Origin: Nanobdellota archaeon
GTDB taxonomy: Archaea; Nanobdellota; Nanobdellia; Parvarchaeales; Parvarchaeaceae
NCBI GenBank assembly: GCA_021810345.1
Contig: JAJZIX010000003.1
Coordinates: 1,111-65,110, forward strand
Length of the DNA: 64,000 bases
Direction of reading: 5' to 3'
The stretch's first letter is position 1; every line of letters starts with the position of its first letter. Position numbers and translations under genes: made by a program. The notes under the pieces were generated by a model. It was not told the DNA's origin. It saw only the letters and a list, made by a program, of their open reading frames with translations, and ran no database searches. This document shows positions 31,701 to 39,993 of the stretch, piece by piece.

Positions 31701-32232
31701 TGTTGTAAGACAGCAAATAAGAGTTATTAAGGAAAGGGGCGGAGAAATTACCGTAAAAAATCCCATTCTTGACCGTAGATAGATTCAAGTTTAAAACAGA
31801 GGTAATATCCTGGCTACCTGATGAGTTTATAGTTTCAAATTTTGTCTTGTTAAGTAATTCTTCCAGCCCAAGCACAATCTGTGCATTGTTTGGTAAGCAA
31901 GTCTGGCCTGCCGAGTTATGCCAATAATATATTGATGGGATTGGAATAAAGGGGGTTATATTCTGTGTGTTTATATATCCACAAGTCGCCGATACGGGAG
32001 CGAGATCAAGCCCCGTAATTACCTGCGCTTTTTGGAAATTGTAATTGACCTGCTGCAGTATGTAGCTCTTTGCCGAGAGAGTCTGGTATATGCTTGATTG
32101 TGCAGTTATTTCTATAGAGGAGCTGAGCCCGACATTATGGATGTAACTAAATCCCGACAATAGCACGAATGCGGTCGCAATAATCATCCCCAACGAGACT
32201 ATAAAATTCGCCTGGCCCCTCTTGTTGAACAT
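28783..32232 (-). CDS. large class III signal peptide (pilin-type) protein with a C-terminal DUF2341-like domain
   Basis: MFNKRG/QANFIVSLGMIIATAFVLL; C-terminal YQEKLVL...LYWWNQ...ILWINL...IYIVYG...SNGTEVFPFF resembles DUF2341; start at 32232 preferred. Confidence 0.75.
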   Translation of the reverse strand: MFNKRGQANFIVSLGMIIATAFVLLSGFSYIHNVGLSSSIEITAQSSIYQTLSAKSYILQQVNYNFQKAQVITGLDLAPVSATCGYINTQNITPFIPIPSIYYWHNSAGQTCLPNNAQIVLGLEELLNKTKFETINSSGSQDITSVLNLNLSTVKNGIFYGNFSAPFLNNSYLLSYNRSSQNYTVCEHSSSSCTPVFSGIAGQDFLMGEKKFVFAGEQDVVSGVLSHPSAVNSFFSGSHISPSSQYVVVTFPNGDEAIVYSNETNGIYSFEMTPIINQNVYTLKGAMSEDTVAGITPQIQLSNNTAFTFDGTDYNFVISSDVTGFFTISPVNYAVVSLQPKFVFYKYILSSFEVASNENLLFPNNKNLYVSFSAFPLYNPEICLSYNEVQFNLENCLSLSGYVSNTNYLSTLLSLSTAFVNETFPLGSSSIRGFAQYEIDNYISNVIGGVNLKSVSVNGQPKYDWYSSLILAMGSPQGTNYLLNELSRVKEPYYGTYIYNCSQNSSDLQFCRQLLSQTLSGNIQDLLDKEIPMELSFLSGSAFDVNVLNLSINTSESSLCTNYKNYKASVNYSFSSRGPVIDNNYSEEVLGIPISLDFGYQNNLSLTPTELCGIQNSPYTTGYPGFDLALVANTTYLNCAPIVAKPFINTTCIAGLETTNRTTEQYISSNSGAPSGEGCTSVNQSGSIYYYCPYYKTQEFSYQNWITSGNSCPSSLLVDNENFTTQGNTYNGKLYKLLLIYGGGVKSSGPYGTYNNWTFALLNGSLTLPENLSINAGVELGGPSPSFSILLSKNQNLQSQFTAVKLSSETGGFNGIYNYSVNSGLSVLSQSASNAASKQQENIQVNRFCTAPASCNLTFEVNGVNQSYYSSSDLQLLSGGQINLIGASTGSKTSSDLLNYFFISNYIPDYNAISSESQSLPASTLNPSLNFSFKLQSDQNTYYNQILINSPTTLNYAYQEKLVLNNNFNLTALSSNDLEIFAVYPNKVLELYWWNQTPIANGAILWINLTKTLPASIYIVYGSGVSQSGPYSSNGTEVFPFFFYSTQQSGKFNFIYPSKQHKYSPTYSLVGLNLTNLEPQPPYIYNATLSKYYAQFACITVKPSFGITLLNATYSPYPPAFNLATMYNKYNPIYPNLTIIGVNKYSTWP

Positions 32233-32233
32233 A

Positions 32234-32803
32234 TCAACCAACCACCCCATATATAGTATATGGATTTGATGGATTAATTGGATTGTATACTGTCAATGAG
32301 CATAATGAAGAATAAGTCACTCCTGAAGGCACACTCTGCAGAAAAACATGCATATTAAAATCGGACAAGGCCACTGAATTCGACGTTTTTATTAGATTGA
32401 AATTACTAAATGAAAGAGATGAAAAATAGCTTATAAAATCGTTATAAAGAGCGCTCGAATTTGAGAGAGTGCTACTTAAATATGTGTAGCCGGCACTACA
32501 TGAGCTACCACAACCCGTAGATAGGCTTTCGGCAGGCTGTGAAACCGCAACTGCGTACTGCGAGGGGTGTAAAAGTTTAAGCTCATTTAACGCAGCAGAA
32601 CTACCGACAAAATATGTTCCATATAGATCATTAAGAGCGAAATTACATGCGTCTTGGACCGGCTGCTGATTCACAGATGTCAGAAGACTCGCAGTGGAGC
32701 TTGTCATTAAATAGCTAGCAGTTACTGACAGGACCACTGCTACTATCGGCACAAGCACAAGATCAACTATAGTCACCTGACCCCTTTTTGACATTCTAGT
32801 CAT
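32234..32803 (-). CDS. pilin-like protein (class III signal peptide)
   Basis: MSKRG/QVTIVDLVLVPIVAVVL, acidic residue just after the cleavage site followed by a hydrophobic helix; coupled to both neighbours. Confidence 0.75.
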   Translation of the reverse strand: MTRMSKRGQVTIVDLVLVPIVAVVLSVTASYLMTSSTASLLTSVNQQPVQDACNFALNDLYGTYFVGSSAALNELKLLHPSQYAVAVSQPAESLSTGCGSSCSAGYTYLSSTLSNSSALYNDFISYFSSLSFSNFNLIKTSNSVALSDFNMHVFLQSVPSGVTYSSLCSLTVYNPINPSNPYTIYGVVG

Positions 32804-33629
32804 AAGGCGGCACCCCATAAATTATTTTAACAGATAGGACTCCGCTGTTTTCATATAATGGCTGCCCAGCTGGGCCTGGAAAAGCAATCATAACGGGAAA
32901 CGTCTCGGTGTATGTGTTTTCATCATAAAATAAGCTTGCTATTGAGTACTGCGCCAGAATGCTGTTCTGAGAGTTAGAACCTAGTGCGACTATGGCGTTT
33001 AAGGATATTGATCCTACCGACAGTGAGCGAAGTATAATAGATGCGGCAACACTCGCAGCCAAAGCTCCATACTCTGCGTATCTAGCATATGTCGAAACTG
33101 CGTTCTCGAATGCGTAGAACCTGCCGCCGAATGTAAACTGATTATAATTTGAGAATGAAAGCGAACCGGTACCCCCAAGATTGCTTGGGTTCTGTGTATC
33201 TGTGAGTGTTAATGAGACGCCAGCAACCGCAGGAAGCCTGTTCTCGAGTAGTGGTACATCGGTTGCACTTCCGAAATATATGTACTGGACGCAAGATAAG
33301 AAGCTGCTGCTTGTAAACTTGGTTACGTCTATCACACCAGGTTGAACATCTGACTCTGAGTACAGCGGTCCTCCACTTTGATTAAGGTTATTGTTGTAGT
33401 AATTTATGGTATTCTCATAAGCAAAGCAATTCGGAGAGGTTATAAGACGAGAACCTATACCGGAAGCGAGCGCCTTGGCATTTGCAAAAACCCCGACGGA
33501 GTTTATCTGCGATACGGAGAAAGACAGCACAATCAAAAGAAGAGCGAATGAGGTTATTACTACACTGGCATTAACAAACGACATTATGTCTACTAACCCC
33601 ATATTACCATTGTGCCACGCTCGATTCAT
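32796..33629 (-). CDS. pilin-like/membrane-anchored protein with an internal hydrophobic hairpin
   Basis: N-terminal NG/NMGLVDIMSFVNASVVITSFALLLIVL; RLITSPNCFAYE; internal YGALAASVAASIILRSLSVGSISLNAIVALG. Confidence 0.65.
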   Translation of the reverse strand: MNRAWHNGNMGLVDIMSFVNASVVITSFALLLIVLSFSVSQINSVGVFANAKALASGIGSRLITSPNCFAYENTINYYNNNLNQSGGPLYSESDVQPGVIDVTKFTSSSFLSCVQYIYFGSATDVPLLENRLPAVAGVSLTLTDTQNPSNLGGTGSLSFSNYNQFTFGGRFYAFENAVSTYARYAEYGALAASVAASIILRSLSVGSISLNAIVALGSNSQNSILAQYSIASLFYDENTYTETFPVMIAFPGPAGQPLYENSGVLSVKIIYGVPPYD

Positions 33630-36144
33630 TAAACAGCCCGCCTAGAGAGCTATTGCTATTTGGGTAAACACCAAAGACTATTTTATTGCTTACGAATTTA
33701 AGTGTCAGATTCTCGTTCCCGTTGGATGCAATGGATGGAGACACTTCAAAAGTTATGTTAGCATAATCCGTCGGATAAAAAGAAAGATTCGGCGCGGCTA
33801 AGATATTATTATCCAATTTTTCCATTAGACTATTTAATGAAATGGTAAGTCCAACCTGAAGTTTTGGTGCAAGTCCGGCAGATAGTGCGGTGATCATTGG
33901 AGAACTGACCCCCCCTAATATTGTAAAAGATGGCGGCCCCCCACTAATAAAATTGCTGTTGTCATAGGCGTAAGGCGGTATTGAAAAACCAACGTTATTT
34001 TGATTTATCATGAAGAATGCATTCTTGCCTATTTCGGAAGGTATGCTGAAAGCTGAGGATGAATGTTGATTCATTGTGGTATTGAAGTCTATATTGTACT
34101 TACCTGCTGAGATCTCTGAGATATTAAAGCACGTGTATGGAAGACCATATTCTGTAAGATAATTCGAGCCGTCAATTTTTGTCTGTAGAGAGATCGGAAC
34201 CCCCGATGAGCTTAACACAACGTTCGATAAACAGATATCATTATCACCAGATGAATTTGAAAAGACCAACGCGTACTGTGGCGGCATAAGTATACTGACA
34301 TTGCGCTTTGACTTTGATGTTAGAATCCTGTCGACAAATGAGGATAGCGATTTGGGGTAAAGTTTGCTATTTGGTGAGCACATTGTGTTATACAACCCCT
34401 GGTTTATAGAAAAGTTTATTTCGCCATCTTTCAAGGGATTGAGTAGGCTTTTCAGAGGTCTACCTGGGATAGTACTTGACTGAGCCATACTACAAAGATC
34501 AGACATGTCCGATATTACGGGGGCCGAGGCCATTGTTGGTCTTCCATTTGATTCTCCATTGAGATAAATTTCCCCACCATAACCAACGAAGTAGGTACCC
34601 AATGGAAATACGGTATTTAATTTCCCATACGCCATGAAAAAAGTTGTGAGAGCACCTACTATTGAAGCACCATTTGAAAAATCGCTGGAGAAACTGTTGT
34701 AATTACTTGCACTGAAGGCTTCAGGCAAGGTTCCAAGACACGATGCAGTCCTACCATATACCAGAAAAGCCGTCTGTGAGTCTGCAAAAATTGATGAGAG
34801 TATTGGATCGGCGGTCGCTGTGACTCCTAAAGCTGGGCCAAAATAAGCTGGGCCTACAAACGAATTAGGCGATGTAAGCTCGCCTGGAACGCTCTCGCCT
34901 CCTACTGGGGTGGAATAGGGATTAGAAGGGGACTGTGACGCGCCATAATTTGCCAATTCGGTGAGCGCATTCTTCTCCAAGGCCAGTTCATTTGATGCGG
35001 TCGACACTGCAATCTGCTTGCTGTCGCCTGGTGGTAGTGATGAGAGGGTATTTGCAAGTGTAAGACTCTGGAAGTATCTAACTGCATAATCACTAGTTGA
35101 CAGTAGGTTACTCGGGATAGGCCCCAACGTTTGCAAGCCTGACAATGAATTTGCAATGGAAGAACCGGCCGGATTAGAGAAAACTGATAGATCTGATGCT
35201 ATCGTATGCTCGTTTGAAGCTAACCAATAAGCAGTGAGCGGCACCCCGTAGTTCACAAGTAAGGATATGCCCGCCTTTTTCAGAAAGGAAAGAGTCCTCA
35301 AACCTTTTGAAGTAGAGGTATAGCCGGAGTCAGTTATTTGACTTATGCTTGTTGGGGCAAAGGACTCAATTTCAGGAAGAGCTGCTTCGTCTTCTAGAAC
35401 TCCCGTTTCAGAAACAAATGAGCTGACTTCGCGTGACACTGCTAGCTGAGTTTGAGTTGACTCACTAAGTACAACCCCTATTTTTGCATTGGAAAAGGTA
35501 GGATTCACCTCCGCTAAGCCAGATTGTACATAATCTGTTGCTTCAAGTATATTACTGTCAGACATCCCGCTGCCAAGTTCCACTATTATAGTCTTTAAAT
35601 TCGGGTTAGCCATATACGCTCCACTAATAACATCACCGGCCGCTGTTGTATATTCAAAACTGTTTGTGTATAATACTGTTCCTGCTTCCTCACTCGCAGC
35701 CTGTTCAGTAGCACTAACGGCCTCATCTGCGGTATCAGCTGCGGCAGTAGTTGCCTCCTCGGCGGTTCTGTCGCCGGGCGGGCCAGTACCTACCAAAATG
35801 CATAGTGCTACACTAAACATAGTCTTGCCACTATCGAGCGTAGGCCCCGTAGCATATGAAAGATTGTAGATTTTAGAGCCGCCATTGCATGTATACGCGC
35901 CTATGGAAGGCTGCCATGTACACACCGACGAGTTGCCCGACAGCGAAATTGACATGTGTGATGGCGCGGAGTATAGTGAATTTACAATCGCGCCCATGTT
36001 ATTTGCAAACAACTGTAGTGAATTTGAACCGTTTTGGAATATTACACCCTGTAGATTAGCAAAGTAGACGCCAACAAGGAGGAATGCAACTGATAGAATT
36101 AAAACCGCGATACCTATGACTATTTGGGTCTTCTTATTTAACAT
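33604..36144 (-). CDS. large pilin-like secreted protein (846 aa) with internal acidic and hydrophobic segments
   Basis: MLNKKT/QIVIGIAVLILSVAFLLV; LFANNMGAIVNSLYSAP helix; first gene of the cluster, TATA-like TATTAATA upstream. Confidence 0.7.
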   Translation of the reverse strand: MLNKKTQIVIGIAVLILSVAFLLVGVYFANLQGVIFQNGSNSLQLFANNMGAIVNSLYSAPSHMSISLSGNSSVCTWQPSIGAYTCNGGSKIYNLSYATGPTLDSGKTMFSVALCILVGTGPPGDRTAEEATTAAADTADEAVSATEQAASEEAGTVLYTNSFEYTTAAGDVISGAYMANPNLKTIIVELGSGMSDSNILEATDYVQSGLAEVNPTFSNAKIGVVLSESTQTQLAVSREVSSFVSETGVLEDEAALPEIESFAPTSISQITDSGYTSTSKGLRTLSFLKKAGISLLVNYGVPLTAYWLASNEHTIASDLSVFSNPAGSSIANSLSGLQTLGPIPSNLLSTSDYAVRYFQSLTLANTLSSLPPGDSKQIAVSTASNELALEKNALTELANYGASQSPSNPYSTPVGGESVPGELTSPNSFVGPAYFGPALGVTATADPILSSIFADSQTAFLVYGRTASCLGTLPEAFSASNYNSFSSDFSNGASIVGALTTFFMAYGKLNTVFPLGTYFVGYGGEIYLNGESNGRPTMASAPVISDMSDLCSMAQSSTIPGRPLKSLLNPLKDGEINFSINQGLYNTMCSPNSKLYPKSLSSFVDRILTSKSKRNVSILMPPQYALVFSNSSGDNDICLSNVVLSSSGVPISLQTKIDGSNYLTEYGLPYTCFNISEISAGKYNIDFNTTMNQHSSSAFSIPSEIGKNAFFMINQNNVGFSIPPYAYDNSNFISGGPPSFTILGGVSSPMITALSAGLAPKLQVGLTISLNSLMEKLDNNILAAPNLSFYPTDYANITFEVSPSIASNGNENLTLKFVSNKIVFGVYPNSNSSLGGLFNESSVAQW

Positions 36145-36174
36145 AAATTAGTATATCGTGTAGAATATTAATAG

Positions 36175-36207
36175 TTTAGCAAGTCGGCCGTGGGTTCCTC
36201 CTCAAAA
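36175..36207. repeat. direct repeat copy A (TTTAGCAAGTCGGCCGTGGGTTCC...)
   Basis: 22/24 identical to 36981-37004, including an exact 14-mer CAAGTCGGCCGTGG. Confidence 0.85.
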
Positions 36208-36262
36208 TATGAAGGAGATAGATCTAGGTATTTGCAAATACAATAAATCAAACTGTAAAAGG

Positions 36263-36916
36263 TTATTTACTGTTCGTGGGTTTAGGCGAGAATTTTTCCA
36301 CACCTATATTGTATTTCTGCGCGAATTCTACTCCAAGTGCGAGAGCATTAGTCAAAAACTCATAGATGTTGTACCTCATTGATTGCTGCTTGCCTCTGTA
36401 GTACTCACTATAATCATGATAGTACGGAAAAACATATCTTATATTCACCATGTACATGACTTCAGCCATGCCGGATGTCTTTAGATACTCATCAAGTTCA
36501 TTGAATTTACTCACAGCGGCTTCTGCAATGTTTTTCTGTGAAACCATTGCCTTTTTAGACCAAAAACTACCGACCTTTTCATTAAGCCGATTCACCTCTT
36601 CGGTTTCATCAAATAGTTCGCTCTCCAGTTTGGCAATCTGGGGTATACATGAATTGGCTTTCTTCAAGATTTCCCTCATCTCCGGGACCTGCTTCATGTA
36701 AGATTCGAATGGATCATTATCAGATGGATTAAGATTATTCTGGATGCGCTCTGCCATTGTATAATAGAATCCTCTGCTTAAGACTTTTTTTGTACGCCCA
36801 AAGTAAATAGCTCCCATATGGCCGGTGATCGGTCTACTACTTTCCCGCTTTATTACTACCCCAAGTATTTCATCAAGCCAATTTCCAGCAAGATGTTTTC
36901 TTTGTTCTTCATCCAT
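36263..36916 (-). CDS. hypothetical protein (helical, orphan)
   Basis: Open frame; ATG at 36916 preceded by SD AAGGAGGT and TTTATATA further upstream; no recognised family. Confidence 0.7.
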   Translation of the reverse strand: MDEEQRKHLAGNWLDEILGVVIKRESSRPITGHMGAIYFGRTKKVLSRGFYYTMAERIQNNLNPSDNDPFESYMKQVPEMREILKKANSCIPQIAKLESELFDETEEVNRLNEKVGSFWSKKAMVSQKNIAEAAVSKFNELDEYLKTSGMAEVMYMVNIRYVFPYYHDYSEYYRGKQQSMRYNIYEFLTNALALGVEFAQKYNIGVEKFSPKPTNSK

Positions 36917-36980
36917 ATTAACCTCCTTTGTCACTAAAGAATAGATAATAAATCATATATAAAGGTTACATTGGCTTCTT

Positions 36981-37014
36981 TTTAACAAGTCGGCCGTGGC
37001 TTCCCCTTTCAAAA
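36981..37014. repeat. direct repeat copy B (TTTAACAAGTCGGCCGTGGCTTCC...)
   Basis: Matches copy A at 36175. Confidence 0.85.
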
Positions 37015-37034
37015 AGCGGGGCTGAATCCGAACA

Positions 37035-37694
37035 TCATGAATTAAGGCTTCTCCATAAAAATATGGTCGCAACTGTCCTGTAAGGCCTCCATCTCTCCGC
37101 AATTCTAAGAATTCTCTCTTTTTTGGGTTGCTCCCGGAGATGATAGGCCCTCTGTATCGCTTTCCTCAGGCCCAAATCATCCGCTGGAAGTATATCCGCC
37201 CTGCCAAGCGTCCTTATCAGATACATCTCGGCGGTCCACCTGCCTATTCCCTTGACTTCATCAAGCTCATTGATTATGTCTTCATCATCCATTTTATAGA
37301 ATCTTCCCGGCTCCAGCCTACCATCCTCTATCCTTTGGCAAAGATCTTTGAGATACCGATATTTCTGCGGCGAGACTCCCGTCTCTCGAATTTTCTTTTC
37401 TTTTGCGCTTAAAAACACTTTTGGGGAGGGCATCCTGCCGTTGTATGCCTTTCTAAGTCGCCTCAAAATTGAATCGCCGGCGCTGGTCGATATCTGTTGG
37501 TAGATTATTGAGCTGATAAGGGAGACGTAATGGTCTTTCTCAAGGTATTTCATGGAGATGGCCCATGTATCTTCGCCTCCGAGCCTTTCTATTATCTTCC
37601 TCATTGTTTTATCGTTTTTCTTCAGAAAGGATACCCCTGCACTCCAGGTCCTCTTATCTGAAATTGCTGGGTATTTATTCGCTTGCATAAGCAT
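37035..37694 (-). CDS. alkA: DNA-3-methyladenine glycosylase II (AlkA/HhH-GPD)
   Basis: SLISSIIYQQIS, GVSPQKYRYL, VKGIGRWTAEMYLI, LPADDLGLR, ERWRPYRTVA. Confidence 0.9.
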   Translation of the reverse strand: MLMQANKYPAISDKRTWSAGVSFLKKNDKTMRKIIERLGGEDTWAISMKYLEKDHYVSLISSIIYQQISTSAGDSILRRLRKAYNGRMPSPKVFLSAKEKKIRETGVSPQKYRYLKDLCQRIEDGRLEPGRFYKMDDEDIINELDEVKGIGRWTAEMYLIRTLGRADILPADDLGLRKAIQRAYHLREQPKKERILRIAERWRPYRTVATIFLWRSLNS

Positions 37695-37740
37695 CTCTAA
37701 CTAGCAAACGATTTAAGCTTTAGGCTGCTTGCGCAGACAA

Positions 37741-37752
37741 AAAGATTTAAAT
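37741..37752 (+). promoter_or_regulatory. BRE/TATA promoter of the ATPase operon
   Basis: AAAGATTTAAAT ending about 23 nt before the atpK ATG. Confidence 0.5.
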
Positions 37753-37774
37753 TGCGACGTAGCACATTAAATGT

Positions 37775-38008
37775 ATGGTAGTATCAACAGGTGGCTCAGG
37801 ACTGTATGCGCTTGCAGCTGCAATAGCTATCGCTGGCGGGCTTATAGGAACTGGCATGGCACAGCAGGGAATAGGCGCAGCCGGCATGGGAGTCATAGCT
37901 GAGAAACCGGAAAAATTCGGTCAGGTACTATTCTTCTTTGTCATACCTGAAACCCTGTGGATAATAGGTTTCGTGCTAGGGTTAATTTTGCTCCTGCAGA
38001 TACTCTAA
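37775..38008 (+). CDS. atpK: A/V-type ATP synthase proteolipid subunit K (c)
   Basis: 77 aa helical hairpin; GTGMAQQGIGAAG...EKPE...IPETLW carrying the ion-binding Glu. Confidence 0.95.
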   Translation: MVVSTGGSGLYALAAAIAIAGGLIGTGMAQQGIGAAGMGVIAEKPEKFGQVLFFFVIPETLWIIGFVLGLILLLQIL

Positions 38009-38072
38009 AAGGAACATTAATGATTTTAGGCACAAAACAATAAATAGACCCATTGCCAGTAATCAGTATCGT

Positions 38073-38636
38073 ATGGGACTAGAAAAGATATTCGACCAGA
38101 TTAAAAAAGAGACTGACCTGAGGATCAAAAACATTCTGGATGAGGCGCAGAGCAAGGCAGATCAAATCCTAAAGGAAGCGGATGTTTCGGCGCAGAACAT
38201 CACAAAGAAGGCAAAGGTAGATACTGATGCTGAGATAGAGAACAAATCCGCCATGGAAAAAGCAAGGCTGAAGATAGAATCCGAAGCGGTTGTAAAGCGG
38301 GCTATTGACAGCGCATTCAATCAAAGCATTAGCCTGCTCAGAAGCAGCATAAAAGAGATCAGATCCACCGACCTGTACGACAAACTGCTAAAAAACATGG
38401 TTGATTCTGCGCTGAAGTCACTCGGCGAAGATGCCAAAATATATGTGTTGAAAGAGGACATCCCGCGGCTCCAAAAAAAGCCCAAACAGCTAAAAGTCTC
38501 GCCAAAAAAGATGGAGGGAGGGATTTACGCTGAATCGGCAGATGGAAAAAAATCTCTTGACCTGTCGCTTGAAAATCTCCTGAGGGAGCTAAATGACGAA
38601 ATCTCGGAGGAAGTCCTCTCCAAAATAAAGGTGTAA
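38073..38636 (+). CDS. atpE: A/V-type ATP synthase subunit E
   Basis: MGLEKIF coiled coil, GGIYAESADG..SLDLSLE; operon position. Confidence 0.9.
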   Translation: MGLEKIFDQIKKETDLRIKNILDEAQSKADQILKEADVSAQNITKKAKVDTDAEIENKSAMEKARLKIESEAVVKRAIDSAFNQSISLLRSSIKEIRSTDLYDKLLKNMVDSALKSLGEDAKIYVLKEDIPRLQKKPKQLKVSPKKMEGGIYAESADGKKSLDLSLENLLRELNDEISEEVLSKIKV

Positions 38637-39679
38637 TGATGGACTCGACGTACGCTGGCGCATATGGATACATGAAGGTGCTCTATACAGAACTGCTCAA
38701 AAAAGAGGAACTTGTGTCATTGGAATCTGCTGAGATCAAGGATTTTATAAGCCGGTTGGGCACTACTATATATAAGGAGGACTTAGACAGATTTTACTCG
38801 ATGTATAAAGAACCAGATATAATTGATATAGCAGTGAATGCCCACTTTGTAAGAATGTGCACAAAAGCAATGGTTTTACTGCCACCGATAGGCAGAGAAG
38901 TGATAAGGGCATATCTCAGGAAAATAGATATACAGAACATAAAGCTTGTGCTGTCCGCAAAGAGCCTTGGCAAAGAGGTGGAAGTAAAGGACTATTTCCT
39001 TACGGTTGACAGCGGTTTTCCGGTTGGATCGAGCAGCCCGCTCCTTTCAAATGAAGACTATGTAAATCTAATAAACCAAAAGTCAGTGCAGGATATGATA
39101 AGCTATCTGACAAGATTTGGGTACAGCAGCTCCCTACTTAAATTCTCAGTATCATCCGAATCAAGTCACAATATCCGCAGTATATCGCTTGCACTAGACA
39201 TCGATTACTATGACAGGCTTAAAAAATCATTAAAATTCTACAACGGGGATGAAGGCCCGGTCCTGAGATTCATACAAAGCTTGATAGATTTGAGAAATAT
39301 CATGACGGTAATAAAGGCTATAGAGCTTGGTGTGTCCCCAGCCGACTTGCTGATAGATGGAGGCAACATTTCAAAGGACCAGCTTCTAGAGGAGTCAAAG
39401 AGAAATCTTGAGGGATTTATAAACAAACTACCATTCGACCTTAAGGATGCCCTTGCACTCTACAATAAAGACGGACTAATCGCCAATTTTGAGATAGAGC
39501 TCAAAAGGCAGATTTACAGCCGCTATCTCAGTGTCTTCAGGGGAAGTTCTCTATCATTGGGCAATCTACTGGGTTTCGTAATAAGCGCAGAGATAGAGAA
39601 GGATTCCGTAAGACTAGGATGGTTCAAGAAATATTATAAGCTTGAAAAGGAGGTTATAGATATAGGGTATGGAATCTAG
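38636..39679 (+). CDS. atpC: A/V-type ATP synthase subunit C
   Basis: 347 aa; YLRKIDIQNIK, IDLRNIMTVIKA, LIDGGNI. Confidence 0.88.
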   Translation: MMDSTYAGAYGYMKVLYTELLKKEELVSLESAEIKDFISRLGTTIYKEDLDRFYSMYKEPDIIDIAVNAHFVRMCTKAMVLLPPIGREVIRAYLRKIDIQNIKLVLSAKSLGKEVEVKDYFLTVDSGFPVGSSSPLLSNEDYVNLINQKSVQDMISYLTRFGYSSSLLKFSVSSESSHNIRSISLALDIDYYDRLKKSLKFYNGDEGPVLRFIQSLIDLRNIMTVIKAIELGVSPADLLIDGGNISKDQLLEESKRNLEGFINKLPFDLKDALALYNKDGLIANFEIELKRQIYSRYLSVFRGSSLSLGNLLGFVISAEIEKDSVRLGWFKKYYKLEKEVIDIGYGI

Positions 39680-39992
39680 GAAGATGGCTGCCGTTGCCAG
39701 CCGCGACACGGTTCTCGGGCTAAAGCTTGCTGGAGTCGGCACTACGGTTATTGCAGAAGGCAAGGAAGCCGTAGATGAGGTAATGAAGCTCGCAAAATCA
39801 AAGAAATTCAATCTGATAATAGCCGAGGAGAGCATAACAAAATATGCAAACCAGTCGGAGCTCATTCTCATAAACACATCGACCGATCCACTGATAGTAC
39901 TGATACCATCGGCAGGTGAAGAGGAGGGAGAATCAATTGAAGTGCTTGCAAAAAGGATATTGGGGGTTGATATAAGCAAATTCGGGCTGTGA
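39669..39992 (+). CDS. atpF: A/V-type ATP synthase subunit F
   Basis: DTVLGLKLAGV, PLIVLIP, KRILGVDI. Confidence 0.92.
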   Translation: MESRKMAAVASRDTVLGLKLAGVGTTVIAEGKEAVDEVMKLAKSKKFNLIIAEESITKYANQSELILINTSTDPLIVLIPSAGEEEGESIEVLAKRILGVDISKFGL

Positions 39993-39993
39993 T

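Noticed and set aside
19823-37014. Pilin-like/giant-protein cluster as an integrated element at tRNA-Met
   Set aside because: No integrase, transposase or viral genes, and I found no duplicated tRNA 3' end at the far boundary.
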